Below are positions 56,370-64,000 of a stretch of 64,000 nt of DNA, in pieces (the stretch's first letter is position 1; the number at the start of each line of letters is the position of its first letter). Both the position numbers and the translations under genes were made by a program. Source of the stretch: Eledone cirrhosa (Eukaryota). The DNA lies in contig OZ024742.1 in NCBI GenBank assembly GCA_964016885.1, forward strand, positions 105,834,001 through 105,898,000. Direction: 5' to 3'. The notes under the pieces were generated by a model that saw nothing but the letters and a program-made list of their open reading frames with translations, ran no database searches and had not been told where the DNA came from.

Positions 56370-59160
56370 GAACACATTCGCTGCCGTGGCAGCTAAGAAA
56401 GGGCCATGTTTTCCTATGGCCCTGACTAATAAAGAAGAAGCACATCAAAGAAGCACATCAAACTTGAGAAAACCTGTGCCAACCTAAACGTCCCGACCGA
56501 AGTGATGGAAGCCGTCCAGCAGAGGACAATAGTATACAGATGCATTTCAGTGCGGACCCACAAAGTGGAAATAATCCTATAAGCTGAGGTGGAGGCTGCC
56601 CTGAAATGCATCCATGAGGACATAGAGTTCATAGGAAGGGGCAGGCGATTCGGCACCATCTTGGTGTTAAGTCTGAAGCCTTTGCTGTGAAACATTCAGC
56701 GGCTTCTTGCAAGACAGGCCAAATGGTGATGTACCCGTCCCCCACGAGCAGAAGGACAGTCAGGGTCCGCATTCTCAAGATCCCGTCAGGACTGGACTAG
56801 TGAGAGCTCCTGGAATGTGTGATTGAGGAGAGTACAGATGCTTCACCAATTGAAGTTACCAAAACGGCTAGAAAGGAATGGTCCGGGTGGATTTGCAGAT
56901 CCTTCTCCAAATGAAACCGGATCTGAAAATCATCCCGGATCACCTCCGCCTACAAAACAGGAAGGCCACAAAAATGGTTACTGAGGAAAAAAGGGCCACA
57001 CTGTTTCGTCTTCGGTGAAACTACATAACTGCGAGCCTTTTGCCTCCAGCTCAAAAATGCAGAGGACCGCAAACCTCCTTTGCAACCAAACCGGGGTGGA
57101 AACAATGCAGACACCACACACACACAACAAATACGAACACTTGCACAACACGGACACCACAACCACCATCACAATCACCCAAGCGCAAACAACTACAACA
57201 ACCACTAGAACAACACACAAAACTTCGTGTAAAAGGCCAACAAGGAATTGATGTCCCTCATAGCACGAAGTCAAGAAATAGAAAAGGAGGGGTAAATTTT
57301 TGACACCAGCACATTTCGCGTGCCAGATCCCATGATGGTACTATGTTATTTGGTGCATTCGAGAGTATTAGGAAGAGCTTTCCTCGGGACGTGGCAACCC
57401 CGAATGTTAAACCCACAAATAGACTATTAAAGGGGCTCCCCAAAGAAACCCCATCAAACATGGAAGTGGAACCACATAACCTCCACAAGCTCCTGGGTGG
57501 TAAGTAAACCTTTCCTCTCTTGTTTAACCAGCCAACATAACCATCTTAAGAGTAAGATGTTTGAATGTTCGTGGCCTGGGGTCGTCCTGGAAGCAGAGTC
57601 GTTTTCTGAACGACCTCAGGTCACTAGATATGTATGTCACTACCATCAGTGAGACCAAGATCTCCGAAACATGCACACTAGCGCCCATTTTCGGCGGCTA
57701 TCAGATCTGCGCATCTGTTAGTCGACCGGGAATGGGAGGCGGAGTGGCAGTGTTGTTTAGGAAAGGCCCGGATCTCGAGTAAGGACGATCTTTCTCGACC
57801 CAGACGTAAGCTGGAGGTTCTGGACGTGAGCAAAGGGGGTGCCTTTAGACTAGTGGCCATCTACGCTCCGAACGAGGCTGGACGGCCGAATTTCTTTAGG
57901 TGCCTGGAAACCTATCTAGGAACGTCTCGCCCTTTACTGTAAGCAGGGGACTGGAAGGGTATCTTAGATGTACGCTGGAGTTGTGTGAAAGTAGCTGATA
58001 GGAGTTTGGGGTGCAAAAACCACAAGCACCTGAAACCTGCTAGTCCCAACTAACTGATCAGGTACTGATTTCCCGAATGCGTCAGATTAGACCTGGATCA
58101 ACCGCATAGAGTCATCTAGATCGTATATAGATAGGTTTTTCGTTTGGTGAGCAGATAAGGATAGCATGGGTTGTCCATAATTCCGAGTGGTAGTCTATTC
58201 AGATCACAAATTTGTGATCTGCATAGACGACCTAGCTAGAACATGTGGGATAGGACCTGGTTAATGGAAGCTTATCATATCACTCCCGGTACGTAAAGCT
58301 TATAGAGACTGGGCCACCACTTTACTTAAGTGTAAGTTGACAGGGGTGTCAACAACATTGTGTAAGAACTATAAATAATTTGTAATGTTATTCATATAAC
58401 TGAAATTTTGTCTCTTTGACTGTGTCAAGAAAAGACCGGGACCGGGCGTCTGGCATCTGGAATGTTGCAAAATGCTCACTTCCCTCTGCCAGGCTGTAAA
58501 TGTGGTCAGTGGAAATTATACTGTAGAGTTATATAGATGATTTGTGGGAGATAAGTACGACAACGCTTTCGGAGAGGCTCTGGGCGTCGACGAAATCAAA
58601 CTGATCAGTCGGTTCCGCATGACTTTCGAGCCGGGGACTATGGACAAACTTCCAGAAATCCCTTGCTTGGCAGTGCTACAGAGCGGCACGGAAGTGCGGT
58701 CAGACGGACCTATCCGAGATGTGCGCCGAGCGACGAAAGCGTTTGTGGAGTTATGTCGAATAGCTGCCATTGCATGTATCACGGATCCGGCTATAGGCCG
58801 AGTTCATGGTGCAGATCGCCTCGCCGACTTCTTTTAGTCGGGATGGACAGGCAGTTTTCCTCTGCCTGGTGGCAGTAGCGAAAGAGATTGTGTGGTGGAT
58901 GAGGTTGAAAGGACTGAAGGTAGACACTTTTCTCTTCAACAGAAAGGTGAGGGTGGAGAAAGAAGTGCTTCCCGCTCCCCAATACATTTGTTAAATGGTG
59001 GGTAAATGTTGCGAGGGTGGCTCGTGTGAATGGGCTTACTCTAATCATGCATCTGTAGACTGGGTGATTTGGAGAGTAGAGGGGCGCCCACTCGGGTGCT
59101 CTTGGAGCGTCGGGTGGTTCAGTATTGGAGACGTCGAATAAGAGGGGAACAGAACAACAA
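56370..59160 (+). mobile_element. Decayed Tx1/L1-clade LINE: ORF1 remnant, APE endonuclease (57546-58330) and C-terminal Cys region; RT missing
   Basis: CLNVRGL, ISETK, GGGVAVLF, RLVAIYAPN, AGDW, SYIDR, SDHK, GPG.WKL; then PRC...ESV and LVAVAKEIVWWMRLKGL. Confidence 0.8.
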
Positions 59161-59264
59161 ATTAAATTCGGGGTGGGGTCTAGGATTTGAACCGAAAGTC
59201 TAGCGAGTTGGAACAAATGCCTCCAACAATAAGGAGTTTGTATGTGTGCGTGTGTGTGTGTGCG

Positions 59265-59321
<57 letters not shown>

Positions 59322-59509
59322 CGTGCGCGCGCGCGCGTGCGAGTGTGTACATATGCGTGGCAGAGAAATAGAAACAGACAGAATGAGAAAAAGAGCGAAT
59401 GCCGAGTAAAAGCAACATTGTTTGTGTATATGAATGTGTGAATTTGTGACAGGTGGAGACAGAAACAGCGAGATAAAGAGAAAGACAGATAGATAGACTG
59501 TAAGCAATG

Positions 59510-59543
<34 letters not shown>

Positions 59544-60662
59544 AGTGAAAGTGGATGAGACAGTGAGAGATGTATGTTTATGGTTTGTCAATATGCATGT
59601 ATGACAGACAGTGAACGAGATAGATAGGTAGAAAGAGAGAGAAAGAACAAGGGTGACAAGGGGAGAAAAATAGTGAAGTTGTGTGGGATATGAAATCATA
59701 TAAATATATGCAGGAATGTGTAGAAAAAATTTTCCTTTAAATTTCAATAAATCCTTTTGATTTTCAAGAAGTATTTTTCTTCCCATCTCACACATATTTA
59801 CACGCGCATACACACATACACGTCAACATATATACTCATATACAGACAGGTAGAGTTTCATATGTCTGAATTTACATAAGCACTCTCTCATTTTAATTAC
59901 AAAGCTGGACCTTCGTCAGTTTAGAGGAGGAGTATTCCAGTTTGGACAACAGAACAGCAAACTCGTAATTCTGTGTTCAAATGGCTGAGTTTTCAACAGA
60001 CATGTAGGCCCTTAACGTATTTCTCAGGGAGTTTCAGCGTAACACAGTGTGTGACAAGTTTCGCCGTTTGAACTAAAGGTACAATTCCCTTTTTTCAGCT
60101 CGGTAGAGTGGTGTAACGTGAAAAAAAGAACACAACACGTCTCGGTGGATCGAACTGACAACGTTAAGATCGCGAGCGGAACATCCTAACAACTAAGCCA
60201 CAAACCTTTAATTAGTTTTTAACTTATATACCCCACCTTCTATATACATATTTACAATAGAAGGAACATGGCTACTCAATCTGCAAGAAATATTAGTGAA
60301 ATCTCCCTCTGTCGTCTTCCAGAAAAAGGATACATATGCCAGACCTGTCAACTCTCTTCGTCCGACGGGGAGATCTCCCACCCACTTTGGTGTGGGTGAG
60401 AGATGTCTTCTCATGTGAAAATGGGTATAGTATTCATTATGGAAAATCTCCGCATTTTGCCTCATTTCTCACCGTTTTGGGGCACTTTGTTTCATGGTAC
60501 TCCTCGTTTGGGTTTTTAGGGAGTTGCAGGTCTGATATGCGTATATATGATAGTGGGCCCGACGGCCAATTTCAAACTGTTTCAGCAGCAAGATGAAAAA
60601 TTGACTGTCGAGCTAACTATCCTATAAGGATATCTATATTCTATTTTCCTTAATTATGGGAT

Positions 60663-60704
<42 letters not shown>

Positions 60705-61774
60705 TGTGTAAAATCTTAGTTACACAGATGCTATATTTAAGAATGGGGCTTAATCGAATTCAAAAACCTAGTCCTCGGTAATGAATGTTTGTTAGTTTGT
60801 ATTATTATCGCAACCATGTCCTCGGAGACTAAACCATTGGAATAATAACTCAGTTAGGTGCACTCCACACAATCGGGTGATGATAATGGGTGGGGATATA
60901 ACTTTTGATGTTGAGAAGAAAGGTGGGTCCTGTAACGCTAAAAATAATTCCAGAAGGAATGCATGTCGCTTGGCGAATGAACCCTGTGAGGGGGAAGGGT
61001 TCATGCAGTGGGAATCACTGCTTGTTTTCTACGGCAATGCATGACCATCTTGTTCGCTGGGATGTACCACCCAACTAAGGGTGTGAAATTTGTCCTCTTT
61101 CCCCTTTCATTAAAAAAAAAATTCTCATTCCTCAATTTTTTCTATCGCTCTTTTTCCTTTTTTGTTTGTTTATTATCTCTTTAGATAAATATAAATACCA
61201 AACACAGTTATATCTTATCTCGATGTCTGTTTCAATCCCTAGTTGAAGTATTTCTTTTTTAATCATTGTCTTTCTTTTTGGTCATTTGAAAACAAATGCT
61301 ACTCCCCCCTAGTCACCATGTGTCTTTGTATACGTTTATCTTTTCAATACTTCAGAATGTGACATATTTAGTAGTTACAGCGTGGAAGAATTATTTCTGC
61401 CCTTTAAAAATACATAAGTCTGTAAACATGTTCTTATATTTAACATGTATTTCTTTGTTAAAATTTCTGTCGCACTGTTTTCGACCTGGTCACTGACATA
61501 GTTTTTACTGTTGCCGTAGAGCAATGTCATTGAATAGATCGCAATGTCAGTGACAGTAAATAGATCGCAAGGGTAAATATTGAGTTATGCCTATAATCTT
61601 TCAATCTCAACGTAAATTTCCCAATCGCCAAATTAAGACAAATTTCCTCATCAAAGTTATATAATCGGTAAAGGCATTTTAAGAATCAAACTTCATGTGA
61701 GTAAATCCAACGAACAGCATGAATACGGTGGTACAGAGTAGATAAAGAATGATTTCTAATATTTTATAATAATG

Positions 61775-62120
61775 ATTTCTATTATAGGCTCAAGGCCAGC
61801 AATTTGGGAAGAGGGGAAAGTCGATTAAATCGACACAAGTGTGTTACTGGTACTTTATTTCGTCGACCCCGTAAGGATAAAAGGCAAAGCTAACCTCAGC
61901 AGGATTTGAACTTAGATCGTAAAGGGTCTTAATAATTTCTAAAATAGAGTACATAAATAATTGTTTCTACTTTTGGCACACGGCCAGCAATTATATCAGT
62001 GCATTACTGGTACTTTATTTTATCGACCCCGTAAGAATGAAAGGCAAAGCTAACCCCGGCGGGATTTGAACTCAGACTATAAAGGGCCGTACTCTATGCT
62101 GCAAAGCATGGTGTCCAAAG
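61775..62120 (-). mobile_element. Tandem SINE copies
   Basis: Same consensus as 470-685 and 11210-11545. Confidence 0.75.
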
Positions 62121-62387
62121 CTAAGATGCAAATTAAATTATTTTATACTTCTGATACACAAACATAAAAAAATAAAAGAAACAAAAAAAAAACACAAAAA
62201 AACAAAAAAAAAAAACAAAAAAAAACAAAAAAAAAACAAACAAATAGTAAAATAGTAATAACAAAAACCTTGCTCAAGCTCCATTATTCGTATATATAAT
62301 AGATGTATGTATATATGAATAATAGGGCTTGGGCAAGATTCTTTACTATTCGATTTTTTCTTTTATTTTGTTTGTTTTTGTTGAAAC

Positions 62388-62431
<44 letters not shown>

Positions 62432-63295
62432 AGGATGGATAGAAGAGAGTGATACACACATATATGTAGATAGATAGATAAATAGAGAGTGAGAGAGAGA
62501 AGGATAGGTAAGGGACAGTGATACACAAACACAGACACACATAAAAGTCTATTTAAAATCCATACTCACAATATCCTTTACATTTTCTACTATGAAATCA
62601 AACTACACTATTATATAAGAAACTCTGTCAATAACATAAATATGAACAATGTAGTAGACACTATAAAATAATATAGAACAATACGTTATAGAACAATGCA
62701 GAAATACCTTTGAACACAATATATACCGCGTATATTAACCAAAGTAAAAACAAACAAACCTCATATAAAGCTATTACTTGTGCGAAATACATACCTTGGC
62801 TTTATCAAAAACTCATAAAATATATTATGCGTTACACAAGACCATAAACTAACATCAATAGTTTATTGAAAAATTAGAAAAATTAAAAATCTATTAATAT
62901 AATTTTCACATGTAATCTCTGCCTGTTCGTCCCATTTGGAATGTCAAAATAGAACCCACCGCATATATCTATATAAGTATGTATAGTCCACTAACTCCTT
63001 ATAGAATCGTAGGGGCGCCGTATTGACATACGGCGTTTATTGGGCATTTTAAGCCTCGCGGGCCCATCCCTCTCCAGGCCAGAGTACAGTAGATTTCTTC
63101 CAGTGAAAGATAGAAAGTGAGAGAGAATGGAAATGAGAAAACGTTATAGAAGAAGAATCGCACTTTTTCATCGACCTCGAAAGGATGAAAGACAAAGTTG
63201 ACCACGATGGGATTTGAACTCAGAGAGCAAAGAGCCGGAACGAATACTGCAAAGCATTCTATCCGACATTCTATGACTCTGCCAATTAGCCTACC

Positions 63296-63373
<78 letters not shown>

Positions 63374-63412
63374 GATATTAACAAATGGAAACTATATTTA
63401 TAAAACCATATT

Positions 63413-63477
63413 TATTTTATTATACATATTTCAAGGATACCATGTTAAATTACGGTATGCCTTCATCAGACAAAATA
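63413..63477 (-). ncRNA. Minimal type I hammerhead ribozyme (family A)
   Basis: Minus strand reads TATTTTGT-CTGATGA-aggcataccgt aatttaac atggtatcctt-GAAA-TATGTA-TA^ATAAAATA. Confidence 0.8.
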
Positions 63478-63628
63478 CAATATATACCAGTTTTATAAAT
63501 AAACATTGACGTTACCCTTTCAAAATGCAACCGTTACTTTTGGAAGACATCAGGATAGTCTTCCAAAAGTAACGGTTGCATTTTGAAAGGGTAACGTCAA
63601 TGTTTATTTATAAAACTGGTATATATTG

Positions 63629-63693
63629 TATTTTGTCTGATGAAGGCATACCATAATTTAACATGGTATCCTTGAAATATGTCTAATAAAATA
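63629..63693 (+). ncRNA. Minimal type I hammerhead ribozyme (family A)
   Basis: TATTTTGT-CTGATGA(63637)-aggcataccat...atggtatcctt-GAAA(63674)-TATGTC-TA^ATAAAATA. Stem III carries a substitution. Confidence 0.7.
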
Positions 63694-63820
63694 AATATGG
63701 TTTTATAAATATAGTTTCCATTTGTTAATATCGTATATATACTCCAAATATTTGTCGAGTGCTTTATATCAGTTATAAAAATATTTGCTTGTTGTATCCC
63801 AACAATTTAAATAGAACTTT

Positions 63821-63871
<51 letters not shown>

Positions 63872-64000
63872 AAAAAGAGATGAAATCGAAAATGCAACTG
63901 GAGTCTTATTTTAAAAAAATATATATATATTTATTTGGTTCCTTTACCGATTTCGCAGTTCTTCTGCTTTTCAAAAGGTGAGTTGAGATGGAGGGTCGTG

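Larger units (their letters stand above)
63373..63824. mobile_element. HHR fold-back element, family A, copy 3 (176-bp arms 63373-63548 and 63558-63733, 9-nt loop)
   Basis: Nearly perfect palindrome with an HHR on both strands. Conserved tail ends ...AACTTTTGCA. (TA)n on both sides. Confidence 0.8.

Noticed and set aside
59850-59930. Minus-strand CTGACGA followed by a distant GAAA
   Set aside because: No convincing stem II, stem III or NUH geometry.
60208-61090. Non-repetitive stretch with short ORFs (possible exon or transposase remnant)
   Set aside because: No recognisable motif by eye; needs a translated homology search.

Overview
AT-rich, microsatellite-dense animal DNA. The SINE families and (TA)n/(CA)n/(GA)n density suggest a cephalopod (Octopus-like) intergenic or intronic region; this is an inference. 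No intact host gene could be supported, and almost all ORF-track entries are translations of simple repeats. The protein-like remnants are decayed retroelements: two Naiad-type Penelope-like elements (PLEs), Neptune-like PLE remnants, three CRE-type fragments, a Tx1/L1-type LINE and RTE-like fragments. There are also tRNA-derived SINEs, mariner-type MITEs and Helitron-like ends. The main hidden signal is non-coding: at least 10 type I hammerhead ribozyme (HHR) motifs read directly from the sequence. They occur in (i) a 416-nt tandem repeat with one minimal HHR per unit (retrozyme-like, 37103-37991), (ii) a family of fold-back elements, two copies of which carry an HHR on each strand (18054, 42350, 63373), and (iii) PLE termini. 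Many sit in (TA)n tracts. All base pairings were checked by eye; no folding or database search was run.
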